From a virus (Duplodnaviria > Caudoviricetes): a stretch of DNA of 55,342 nucleotides. The stretch is taken from positions 1 to 55,342 of IMG/VR virus record IMGVR_UViG_3300029286_000049; one strand, 5' to 3'. Within the stretch, counting starts at the first letter, position 1, and each line of letters starts with the position of its first letter. Shown piece by piece: positions 46,880 through 55,342 of this stretch. The position numbers and the translations under genes are program-made. Under the pieces are notes generated by a model. That model saw nothing but the letters and a program-made list of their open reading frames with translations, searched no databases and had not been told where the DNA came from.

Positions 46880-47373
46880 TAATCTAATACCTTGTATCCA
46901 AAGTTATTCATATCTAAATCATATAAGAAATTATCTAGCTCTCTCTCCCCAACAATGAAAACCTTCCCTTCGCTAGACTCTGCATACAAAGTAGAATCAG
47001 TTTCATTGTAGTTGATATATGTCTCATACCATTTAGAAACCTTCTCTTTATCAGTCTTTTTGCTGGTGATCTTAATACTGCACGTTTCTGGTATGGCTTT
47101 TAATCTCTTTGCCTTCTTAACCTTATTGGCAGATAGCTGTTCTTTTGAGGCTTCCTTTTTAGGAATTTTGCCACCATTAACTTCTATAAATTCTTCTTCC
47201 ACATAAGAATACTTCAACGTAGAAGCTCTGAACTTTTCTAGTCTTTGATAGAAGCTGTCATACCATATCAAATCTTTTTCTATCGATGCGCTACTTTGCA
47301 CGGCGACAGTTGGAGAGTATACCAAAACTGATAACCTTTTTTCTTGTATTGATGTTCTTTCTAGAGTATCCAT
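46879..47373 (-). CDS. Hypothetical protein
   Basis: AAGGA SD; TAATG-coupled. Confidence 0.65.
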   Translation of the reverse strand: MDTLERTSIQEKRLSVLVYSPTVAVQSSASIEKDLIWYDSFYQRLEKFRASTLKYSYVEEEFIEVNGGKIPKKEASKEQLSANKVKKAKRLKAIPETCSIKITSKKTDKEKVSKWYETYINYNETDSTLYAESSEGKVFIVGERELDNFLYDLDMNNFGYKVLD

Positions 47374-47382
47374 GATTTGTCC

Positions 47383-47808
47383 TTAAAATCGATCCCACCA
47401 CAAATCAGAGGATCTTTTTTGCTTTTTAGAGCGAGTATTTACATTAGCAGATGCTGTTCTGATGTCTATGTCTTTGCCATTATCTTCATATACCGACCTT
47501 TCGTCTCCAAGTATCAAGGTCTTAATTACTTCAGAACCTTTTGCGGTAATCTCAATCTTATCTCCTAATAACCTTATCAATCCCTCTTTTTGCATATTGC
47601 TTATGTCAGATGATGTGATGTTCTCTGGCTTTTTGAAAATCCTTTTGCCTACAGCATTCTCTTGTTTCTTCCATATCCCCAATAGTTTAGATGCGGCATC
47701 GCCATCCATAAGCATCTTATTCTTGATCTGTTTCTGAAAATCAGGAAAATGATCAACAATAAAGTCAAATAATGATTGCGAGTATTTCTGTTGTTCTGTC
47801 TTTCTCAT
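47383..47808 (-). CDS. Hypothetical protein, possible winged-helix domain
   Basis: I..MQKEGLI......IEIT.KG pattern. Confidence 0.55.
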   Translation of the reverse strand: MRKTEQQKYSQSLFDFIVDHFPDFQKQIKNKMLMDGDAASKLLGIWKKQENAVGKRIFKKPENITSSDISNMQKEGLIRLLGDKIEITAKGSEVIKTLILGDERSVYEDNGKDIDIRTASANVNTRSKKQKRSSDLWWDRF

Positions 47809-47820
47809 TGTTCTTTCCTC

Positions 47821-48615
47821 TTATCTAAGTATTGATCTGCTAGGATATGGACTTTCTGTACTTCTATCAGCCCATGAATATGGCTCGTTTCTTATTTCAC
47901 GCCAGTTAAATCCTTCGCCAACCCTGCCATCTCCGTTATAGTTTTCTAATCCCATTCTATATCTTCTCTGTTTGGCTATGTCAGAATTCCTACCAGACAT
48001 TTCTTCCTCTATATCATCCCATTTCCATACTCTTTCCTGCATAGGCAAATCAAGATTAGCCCAAGGACCAGAAACAGTTCTTGCGGTTTTAACGGAATGG
48101 GAATCTACATGAAGTTCCCCAAGAGATGCAAAACGGAGTAATCTCATCTGATACACCAACAGAGAATTTCTCCTAAATACCCAATCTAACGAGATCTTAT
48201 AATCAGGTATAGAAGAAATTGTACTCTTCGGGAAATCATAAATGTCTTTATTTAGAGCGGCTTTGACTTGACCTCTTACTGAGGTTAATACGTCTTTACA
48301 GCATTCAGAGTTATCTATTAAGAAATCAAGAAAGCATAACATATCCTTCAATGATTCTACAAATAGTCTAGCGACCTTTATATCAATTGCCTTTTCTCTT
48401 TTTTCGGCGGGCTTAGAAAGCGTTGCTGCTACGTCTTTCCACAAAGAGTCAAATAGAGAGAAATTGGCTTTGAGGTCATTTTTGATTAGGTTGATTTTTT
48501 TAGGAATAGGGGCTGCAATCCTTTTACCCTTGTACTCGAAAATACAGGTCTTAGGATCTTTCAGATCTATAGCGTTGATCGCTAATTCTTTTTTCACTAT
48601 ATCCCATGTTCTCAT
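47821..48615 (-). CDS. Hypothetical protein
   Basis: Long ORF in head region; VKTAR motif. Confidence 0.7.
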   Translation of the reverse strand: MRTWDIVKKELAINAIDLKDPKTCIFEYKGKRIAAPIPKKINLIKNDLKANFSLFDSLWKDVAATLSKPAEKREKAIDIKVARLFVESLKDMLCFLDFLIDNSECCKDVLTSVRGQVKAALNKDIYDFPKSTISSIPDYKISLDWVFRRNSLLVYQMRLLRFASLGELHVDSHSVKTARTVSGPWANLDLPMQERVWKWDDIEEEMSGRNSDIAKQRRYRMGLENYNGDGRVGEGFNWREIRNEPYSWADRSTESPYPSRSILR

Positions 48616-48738
48616 TTCTTTAATGCCAACCGTAATTAGGAATTCTACCTACTAAATAATACCATATCCTACCAGATATAGCTTTTCCTAATTTAAAAGC
48701 AAAATCCTTCTCAATTCCTATTACGCCAAAGCGATTAA

Positions 48739-49347
48739 TTATTCTGGGTCAATATTTTTCAATATAGGATGACTATCTCTTCTTTCTTTCTCTATAGTTT
48801 GATCTGCGAAATCGATATCACCATCAGAAGAAACTACTTCTTCATCAGGTGCATTTTCGTATACAAAAATAACTTCATCTTTCTTGGCAGATTTCTTGAC
48901 ATCATCAGCCATTTTCTTTGCCTTTTTGCCCATAGAGCTTTTCGGTTTTCTGCCAGATTTCTTTTCCGCCTTATTTTCTGTATCATTCACTTCTATGATA
49001 CCATTAGCCTTTACGACAACAGAAGGAGTTTTTGCGTTAAGCTGACCCAAAGCGGATTCGGTACTATCTTTGCCGATCAAAGGCTTTTGGTTATGAGCAT
49101 CCCATCCTTGCATATTAGTAGTAGGAGCAGGATCTTCACTCATCTTTACTTCTGCGATAGGCTCAACCTTTTTCTTATCTTCTGGCTTAACAAGATACTT
49201 CAAGCCGATAAACTTCTGGATATGAGCCTCTTTAAGTTGCTCATCTGTCAATGTTAATCTTGCTCCTCCAGTGACCTTTCTTTTTACATCCCCAATCTTA
49301 ATGTTCAACGTACCTTTAAAGCTTTTGTTTACGATCAATTCTGGCAT
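48739..49347 (-). CDS. Hypothetical protein
   Basis: AAGGAG SD. Confidence 0.7.
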   Translation of the reverse strand: MPELIVNKSFKGTLNIKIGDVKRKVTGGARLTLTDEQLKEAHIQKFIGLKYLVKPEDKKKVEPIAEVKMSEDPAPTTNMQGWDAHNQKPLIGKDSTESALGQLNAKTPSVVVKANGIIEVNDTENKAEKKSGRKPKSSMGKKAKKMADDVKKSAKKDEVIFVYENAPDEEVVSSDGDIDFADQTIEKERRDSHPILKNIDPE

Positions 49348-49365
49348 AAAATCTCCTTGTTCTTC

Positions 49366-49866
49366 TTAACGTAATCTATCTCTAACTGTTTTTACTACAT
49401 CAGGATATGCTTGCATATTCTGAATGCGTGGTTGACCTCTACCGTCTTCTGAACCACCATTTAGTTTATCGGCAAGAAAAGGAGAATCCGTATCTGTAAA
49501 CATTATATCAGTCTCGTAAGGATCAACTTTTACGCCATCCTCTACAAGATTATGAGGCGAATAAGGCATATCACTCTTTAGCTGGTCACTATATTCGTCT
49601 TTACCAGACGAACTACCATCTCTGTTGTATCCATCACCAGTAAAGTTATCTCTGGTATTAGTACCAAGACCACCACCCATACCGCCAGGAGTTATTTCCT
49701 CATTACCTGGTCGGGTTAAATCCCATCCCTGCCCATCGCCAGGTCTTCTCTCTTTACGATAAGGGTCTTTGGCACTGGGAGAATCTGGATTCTCATTTAA
49801 TGGGAGATTCCCTCTTTGCGCTAATTTGATTTTCTTGTAAAAGTTCAATTTATATTGTCCCGCCAT
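49366..49866 (-). CDS. Disordered Gly/Asp-rich protein with LNFYKKIKLAQ leader-like motif
   Basis: Overlaps upstream stop; leader resembles MNWYKxIKIA. Confidence 0.65.
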   Translation of the reverse strand: MAGQYKLNFYKKIKLAQRGNLPLNENPDSPSAKDPYRKERRPGDGQGWDLTRPGNEEITPGGMGGGLGTNTRDNFTGDGYNRDGSSSGKDEYSDQLKSDMPYSPHNLVEDGVKVDPYETDIMFTDTDSPFLADKLNGGSEDGRGQPRIQNMQAYPDVVKTVRDRLR

Positions 49867-50815
49867 TTTCTTGCGATATGTCTGTATGTTCTACTATTCT
49901 AATACCGCTTGTAGGATCTTGGATCTTGCCAGAAACAGCATATTGCTCTCTCAGTGTTTTGGCATCTGACATACTCAAAGGCTCTTGATTAACAAGTTTC
50001 CACTCACCGCCAGGTTCTCTATATTCTATATCCCACATTTTCTCTTGCTGACTGTTAACGTCTTGCATTTCGTTGTGTTCTGCTACAGCATCGTCTGCCT
50101 GCATATCAAATTGATCTGATGCTGCATCATTAACAGGAGCATTCTGATCCATAGGAAGCAACTGAGCGAGAATTCTTCTCTTACCGCTATTGATGTCTTC
50201 CGCCATCTTCTTTTCCGTCGCAGTCAAATCTCTAGATGCGACAGCAGCACTTCTATAGATATGATAAAGCATAGCATCAGCGTCCTTAATCTGGCTTACC
50301 ATCTCGGCAGAAGCATTCTTGACGCAAGGGTTCTCTTTTCTAAGCTCTTCTCCATCCTTAAAATTAGATGTAAGCTGGCTTCTTGTATCCACCTTAACCT
50401 TGTTAGGCTTATCGCCAAGCATTTGACTGCCAGGCTTTGGCATCTTGAAATCATCTTTGACTTTCTCTTGAGCCTTTTTCAAAGCCTTAACGAAATCTTC
50501 TTCATGCTTTTTATGATAAGACATAGGATGCTTGCCTTTGTCATCTCTTGGATTAGAAGGAAGTGTCCCTTTGGAAAAAGCACCCTTCGATTCATTAATC
50601 TGTTTTTCAGTAATCTGGGTATCTGCTTCAATCCATTTCCCTTCGTCTTTCATTTGCTTTTCAGTAGTGACATCTAAATCCTGATTCTTTCTGTCTTTAG
50701 AAAGCAACCAGTCGATGTTCCCCGTATCATCATTGGCAGAGGTATCAAACTTCTCTCTGTCCTCTTGAAGTCTCTGATCCATATTACTTACGCTTGCTTT
50801 TTTATAGTTAAACAT
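49850..50815 (-). CDS. Putative internal head protein (MFNYKKAS leader; TEKQ repeats)
   Basis: GAGGAG SD; VTTEKQM and QITEKQI match the protease repeats. Confidence 0.72.
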   Translation of the reverse strand: MFNYKKASVSNMDQRLQEDREKFDTSANDDTGNIDWLLSKDRKNQDLDVTTEKQMKDEGKWIEADTQITEKQINESKGAFSKGTLPSNPRDDKGKHPMSYHKKHEEDFVKALKKAQEKVKDDFKMPKPGSQMLGDKPNKVKVDTRSQLTSNFKDGEELRKENPCVKNASAEMVSQIKDADAMLYHIYRSAAVASRDLTATEKKMAEDINSGKRRILAQLLPMDQNAPVNDAASDQFDMQADDAVAEHNEMQDVNSQQEKMWDIEYREPGGEWKLVNQEPLSMSDAKTLREQYAVSGKIQDPTSGIRIVEHTDISQENGGTI

Positions 50816-50849
50816 TTGCTCTCCTCGCTGTATTTATGCGCCTTATCAT

Positions 50850-50879
50850 CCAATACAAATAATATATTCATTTTCCTTT
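50850..50879 (-). promoter_or_regulatory. Putative late promoter (AAAGGA-N17-GTATT)
   Basis: Recurring motif after terminase stop. Confidence 0.4.
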
Positions 50880-50883
50880 ACGA

Positions 50884-53880
50884 TTATCGTCTTGGATACT
50901 GCGGCAACCTAGACCTATTCTCCAATCTCTTTGCAACCTGTTCTCCAGAACCGAATCCTAAAGGTCCAGACATAGAATTCCACTGGATCTGGTTTGATTG
51001 ACCACATATACCTGTATTAACAAGTTTCGCTTTAGGCAATCTATTTGCAAATACGTTAATAGAGTTATAGCAGGCTCCAGCTAACGAATCTACCAAATCG
51101 TCTGTAGTGACATCTCCCTCTCTTCGCGGAAAAATACGATAACCATTGGAACCCAAAGGTTTTCTTTGGATGTTCAGTAATTCATTTTTCAAAAGATGAT
51201 CTTCTGGAAGAATAAGTTTTCCACTAACGATCAAGTTATACAACTCGTCATATATTTTCATTTTGTAAACATGATTATATCTTGTGCATTTTGCAGGAAT
51301 ACCATTAGATTGAAGCTTCTTAATACTCTCTAAAGAGTTATGAGAGACTAACCCATTAGATATATAAGTATGATCTCCAGATACTTCCAGATGACAAATA
51401 GTCGCTGTAGTAGGTTCTATAGAAACAACCTTATCAAACATTTGACGACTTCTGGATTTTTTCTTTCCGACTATTTTTCTAATACCACGGCTCTTTCTCT
51501 TGTAATATGGTCTCAAATCAACATCATTTTTTAGACGAATAACTTCTTTTAGAACATTTTTTTTAGTCATAGATCTAAAGTTTATTTCTCTGGCGAATAT
51601 ATCTATATTTTCTCCATATATAGTTATTCTATAAAATGGATATTGTTTACCATCCAGGAACTTATTAGTAAAGTATCTTAGAGAAGATTTTATCCCAAAA
51701 CATAGCAATAATAATTGTAGATCTTTTGCCAATTCCTTACTACTTGTATTATACTCTACTGATAAAGCTTTTGGATTATGGCAAACATTACCATCTCCTT
51801 CGTAAAGAGAAGATATAAAAGACGATACTGTCTCTTTGTCACCATTCATGACAAAATCTGGAACACTTTTCGAATAACAATCACCAGATACTATGCCTTT
51901 TATCTTTCTGGCTCTTTCCCCAAAATAATTAGCATTCCAAGAATCTAAATGATACTCTTTTTGTTTCTTACCTCGTTTGTGTATATATGGCTTATCTCCC
52001 ATAACTTTTTCGGCAACGGCAAGATAATCTTGAAATACTTCATAATCTGTATTAGTAAAAACAGCAGTATCTTCTTTTTCTGATATATAACCTTCAGATA
52101 CTAAATAGCCCATCATAAGTGCAGTATCGGGGTCATGTACATTACCGAAATGAGTAAAATCTTGCAAATCTATCCTATCGCCTATATCAAGATCTTTCGC
52201 ATATATAAAATCTGAACCATTCCAGAAAGGATGATTTTTAGTCACTGTCGCCTCATATCCGAATTTTGTACGAACCGTTAAACAATCTGCATTAAGATCG
52301 ACTTTTTTAGCGACTATAGTCTCTATGTCTCCTTTTCTATTCCTTATTAAATCTCCAACCTGAACATCAATAACTTTTTGCAATCCTTTTGCTGTACATA
52401 TCCTTGTTAAATAATGGCAAGTATTCCATTGATCGTATGTCACCAGACCAAGATTAAATCTTCTTCTCATCTTTATGACATAATCATCAACTTCTTCTAC
52501 TTTAACTGGTTTTCCTGGCGTTGGATGCCAAAACTTAACATGGTCTACAACAATAACAAAGTCATTCTTCTTAGTCTCTTTATTGATGAAGTTCTCTCTA
52601 TGTAGCACGACAAGAGCATAGTTGTGGCTTGTAGACGCAGGGTCCAAATGGGCAAAATACAAAAATCCAGGTCTCCCCAAATCCTTATTCTTAACTCCGA
52701 ATTGTCTGCCGAGTTCAAAACAATGTTTAACGCTTTCTGCCGGGAATGCGTTTTCACCAGCAGTACCAGAGAACTCAGCTCCGATTTCCATCCAGAATTC
52801 TTCTTCTGTCATATTCGGATTGGCTCTACGAAGCGACTCAATAGATTCTCTTGGGTTTACTGACCATGTAGGCAATCTACAGGATAATCTATCCTCTACG
52901 TCATGAGTCTCTTTGAAGATCTTATAAAAAATGCCTTCTTGACCTCTAGGAGAAGATATAGAAAGTATCTTACTATCATAAACACGGCGAGTAACAGGAA
53001 CACCATCAACACTAATTTTTTGTTTTCCGTCTTCATCTAAGACAGGAAGATTTCTGCCGAAAGTGTTCAAAGAAGGTGTCATAGCAGTATAAATACGTTC
53101 TCCAGAAGAGGCGCTTCCAGTTTGCTTATAAGATGCAACTTCATCAAGAATAAGAACGAAAACGCTTTTACCTAGCAACGTGTCTGAATTGCTGTGACCC
53201 ACTTCAAGGCATATAGAACCTTTTTTCAAAGGCAATTTCTTCCTTTCAAACTCTTTGTTTTCTTCTTTATCTTTTGGAGTAAGCAAAAAGATCTGGTTAG
53301 AAGTGATACCATCTGGAATAAACTTATCAGCGAAATATGGGCTTTTCAGTATCTTTGATTTCATCTCGTTGAAAGCTAACTGAGCCTGCCCGGCAGCAGT
53401 AGCGATAGTTAAAATCGTAATCGGAGCTGAAGCAGCAATGTTATAAACCGCATATGGATCTCCGCCAGGGCATTCAAGCAATCTCATAGCCTCATAACAG
53501 GCAACAGTACCTACGCAGAAATCTTTACCAGATCTTCGTCCCCAAACAAGTACAAGCTCTCTGAAAATCTTGTTGCTTTCATACTTCTGTAAAACATTAC
53601 CATTCTCATCATTAGTAAGCTCAAGTTTCTTGAGCAACTCTATCTCTTCATCTTCTAACTTCAGATTCTCATTTCCGGCAGACCCTCTATAAAAGACCTT
53701 AAACATTATCTTTTGCATAGGATAAAGCTGGATACCAGTATGAGGAAAATCCAGGTACTTAGTACTCTCACAGAATTCCATAATGCTAGGGATATAAGGC
53801 GGTTTATCATTGGAGACAGGGATAGTCCCCATCATATCTTTCAACATATCTGAAACAGAAACAAACTTTTTACTAGGCAT
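50884..53880 (-). CDS. terL: Terminase large subunit, intein-containing
   Basis: Walker A WGRRSGKD, Walker B LILDE, ISSP motif III, nuclease HLDPA, YDQWN and TDDLVD. Confidence 0.93.
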   Translation of the reverse strand: MPSKKFVSVSDMLKDMMGTIPVSNDKPPYIPSIMEFCESTKYLDFPHTGIQLYPMQKIMFKVFYRGSAGNENLKLEDEEIELLKKLELTNDENGNVLQKYESNKIFRELVLVWGRRSGKDFCVGTVACYEAMRLLECPGGDPYAVYNIAASAPITILTIATAAGQAQLAFNEMKSKILKSPYFADKFIPDGITSNQIFLLTPKDKEENKEFERKKLPLKKGSICLEVGHSNSDTLLGKSVFVLILDEVASYKQTGSASSGERIYTAMTPSLNTFGRNLPVLDEDGKQKISVDGVPVTRRVYDSKILSISSPRGQEGIFYKIFKETHDVEDRLSCRLPTWSVNPRESIESLRRANPNMTEEEFWMEIGAEFSGTAGENAFPAESVKHCFELGRQFGVKNKDLGRPGFLYFAHLDPASTSHNYALVVLHRENFINKETKKNDFVIVVDHVKFWHPTPGKPVKVEEVDDYVIKMRRRFNLGLVTYDQWNTCHYLTRICTAKGLQKVIDVQVGDLIRNRKGDIETIVAKKVDLNADCLTVRTKFGYEATVTKNHPFWNGSDFIYAKDLDIGDRIDLQDFTHFGNVHDPDTALMMGYLVSEGYISEKEDTAVFTNTDYEVFQDYLAVAEKVMGDKPYIHKRGKKQKEYHLDSWNANYFGERARKIKGIVSGDCYSKSVPDFVMNGDKETVSSFISSLYEGDGNVCHNPKALSVEYNTSSKELAKDLQLLLLCFGIKSSLRYFTNKFLDGKQYPFYRITIYGENIDIFAREINFRSMTKKNVLKEVIRLKNDVDLRPYYKRKSRGIRKIVGKKKSRSRQMFDKVVSIEPTTATICHLEVSGDHTYISNGLVSHNSLESIKKLQSNGIPAKCTRYNHVYKMKIYDELYNLIVSGKLILPEDHLLKNELLNIQRKPLGSNGYRIFPRREGDVTTDDLVDSLAGACYNSINVFANRLPKAKLVNTGICGQSNQIQWNSMSGPLGFGSGEQVAKRLENRSRLPQYPRR
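51337..52422 (-). mobile_element. Intein with LAGLIDADG domain in terminase nuclease domain
   Basis: VTKNH block B, MGYLVSEG and LYEGDG, ends HTYISNGLVSHN|S; first residue is Thr (52422) or the next Cys (52419). Confidence 0.88.
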
Positions 53881-53889
53881 AATCTCCTC

Positions 53890-54219
53890 TTATTCTATAT
53901 TGCCATTACTAATCCAGAAGCCTAAAGCCTTGGAAGCAGTAGCAAAACGCTGCTTTACTTTTATCCCCTCATAAGTAAGCCAAGAATCGACAGTCCTCCC
54001 TGAGTTTTTTATGATATGAGTTTGAACAGCAATGGTGCATTTATTTATATTACCTTCTATCCCAATGAAAGAAGATAGATTCTTACTCTCGTCTATATCT
54101 GGGTTGATATCTAGAAATGTCTCATATACATCATCTATAGACAACAACATACTGTCGTATCTGTCATAAGCATACGAGAGAGTATCAGTATAATCTTTAT
54201 ATATAGATGATGTTATCAT
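53890..54219 (-). CDS. Hypothetical protein
   Basis: TAATG-coupled, upstream of terL. Confidence 0.65.
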   Translation of the reverse strand: MITSSIYKDYTDTLSYAYDRYDSMLLSIDDVYETFLDINPDIDESKNLSSFIGIEGNINKCTIAVQTHIIKNSGRTVDSWLTYEGIKVKQRFATASKALGFWISNGNIE

Positions 54220-55340
54220 TATGTGTTCACAATCATTTCAGAATCATGATTAATTTTTGTTGAACTCGATATAGTATCCCATTGGCGTATTCTTACATAG
54301 TACTCTTTTGCTCTATCAAGCTCTTCTCCAGTCGAAGAAACAAATCTAATTTTTCTACCAATATAAGCGGAAGATATACCCCAGAATGGTAAAGCTATAT
54401 ATTCTCCATATCTGTTTTGATAATACCATCCATCCTGATCCAATGAGCTATCTTGCTGGAATACTATATCAGTAAAAGCGGCATCATTAGCAATCTGTAT
54501 AATAAAATGATACTGTGCATAATCTGCTATATCATCCGTTAATAAAAACTCATATATCCACATACCTTCTGAAAGTATATAGCTATCGCTAATGTTATTC
54601 TTAATAGTCATATAAGATGTAAATAACTCAGGAACCAATAAGTTATTCTCTCCCAATACATTATCTATTGCTTCAAAAGCGATATCATCCCTTCTCTTAA
54701 TCGAGCCGCTATTGACAAGATTAATACAATCATCTGCTATTTTGCTGAAAGAAGTTAAAGAGCTAGTGACGTTATTTACCTGATCGTCAGTCAATTTCAA
54801 CAAGTCTAATTCCGTTTGTATATCGTGGCTTTCTACTACAATTTCTCTTGCCGCCTCAAGTTCATCAATGATGGCCATATCATACGCAATAGAATTAGAA
54901 ATATCTCCTACAAGACTATCCCAGTTGGCTACGCTATCCTCATTCATAATAGCAGTCGTACAATCAGGGCTACCCAAAAGATTAATTGATATCAAAGGAT
55001 CGCCTATAAAAGTCATTGGGCTATCGTAAAATTCACAAGAGTAAATATACGCTTCTCCGATTGTGGCTCCTCTTGCTAAAACATCAAAGAAAGGAGAAGG
55101 CTGCAAGAAACCGGCTGAATTGGGATCTGTTGATGTATAATTTGTACTCGACATAGCTCCCGCTGTAGATGAATACCCATTATTCAAAGCACGATAACAC
55201 CAGTACCCATCTCCTTTCAAAGTGGTACAAGAAGAATCATCTGCATTATAGAAAAAGAAACGAGAAATAGTTGCTAGCTGGAAATAGTCATTAGACGCAT
55301 CTTCTGGCAAAGCCCCCCATGATACAGCATCATCTTCTAC
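54219..55340 (-). CDS. 5'-truncated acidic protein with TIGR03790-like domain and C-terminal FN3-like domain
   Basis: Frame open to window edge; P..FF..L..G.TIGEA......MTFIGDPL motif; IQIA.D..F...V and YYVRIR FN3-like pattern. Confidence 0.55.
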   Translation of the reverse strand, partial: VEDDAVSWGALPEDASNDYFQLATISRFFFYNADDSSCTTLKGDGYWCYRALNNGYSSTAGAMSSTNYTSTDPNSAGFLQPSPFFDVLARGATIGEAYIYSCEFYDSPMTFIGDPLISINLLGSPDCTTAIMNEDSVANWDSLVGDISNSIAYDMAIIDELEAAREIVVESHDIQTELDLLKLTDDQVNNVTSSLTSFSKIADDCINLVNSGSIKRRDDIAFEAIDNVLGENNLLVPELFTSYMTIKNNISDSYILSEGMWIYEFLLTDDIADYAQYHFIIQIANDAAFTDIVFQQDSSLDQDGWYYQNRYGEYIALPFWGISSAYIGRKIRFVSSTGEELDRAKEYYVRIRQWDTISSSTKINHDSEMIVNT

Positions 55341-55342
55341 TT

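Noticed and set aside
1-55342. Genome-wide stop-codon reassignment
   Set aside because: Genes are long and dense under the standard code, and TGA/TAG end genes at sensible places (ATGA overlaps at 8568, 10663, 26362); only one internal TGA was seen
1-55342. tRNA, rRNA or structured ncRNA genes
   Set aside because: Intergenic gaps are short and no cloverleaf or T-loop signatures were seen by eye; no covariance search was run

Overview
A stretch of a large tailed (Caudoviricetes-type, probably jumbo) phage genome, AT-rich and coded almost entirely on the minus strand with frequent TAATG/ATGA gene coupling. The right half is a head module: large terminase, about a dozen low-complexity putative head/core proteins, portal, a GAF-type holin candidate, a 2028-aa prohead protease/scaffold, a decoration protein and an HK97-fold major capsid protein. 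The middle holds DNA methyltransferases, an RNA ligase and small hypotheticals. The left holds glycosyltransferases, a collagen-like fibre, a beta-helix protein and a neck-like protein. Selfish elements are dense: four inteins (one naturally split around a free-standing endonuclease, one hiding an HNH gene in another frame, one apparently starting with Thr) plus free-standing LAGLIDADG and HNH genes. The most striking unexplained structure is a shared N-terminal leader, MNWY[K/H]..A/S, on six otherwise mostly unrelated ORFs (two kinases, a GNAT, two ART-like proteins, one unknown). It matches F-N-[WLY]-K-K-A and K-x-A motifs in the head proteins, and those genes sit behind a recurring AAAGGA-N17 promoter. 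I interpret this, by inference, as a capsid-targeting and protease-cleavage system loading protein-modifying effectors into the virion. A likely -1 frameshift and an in-frame TGA are also visible. All product calls rest on motif recognition by eye; no database search was run.
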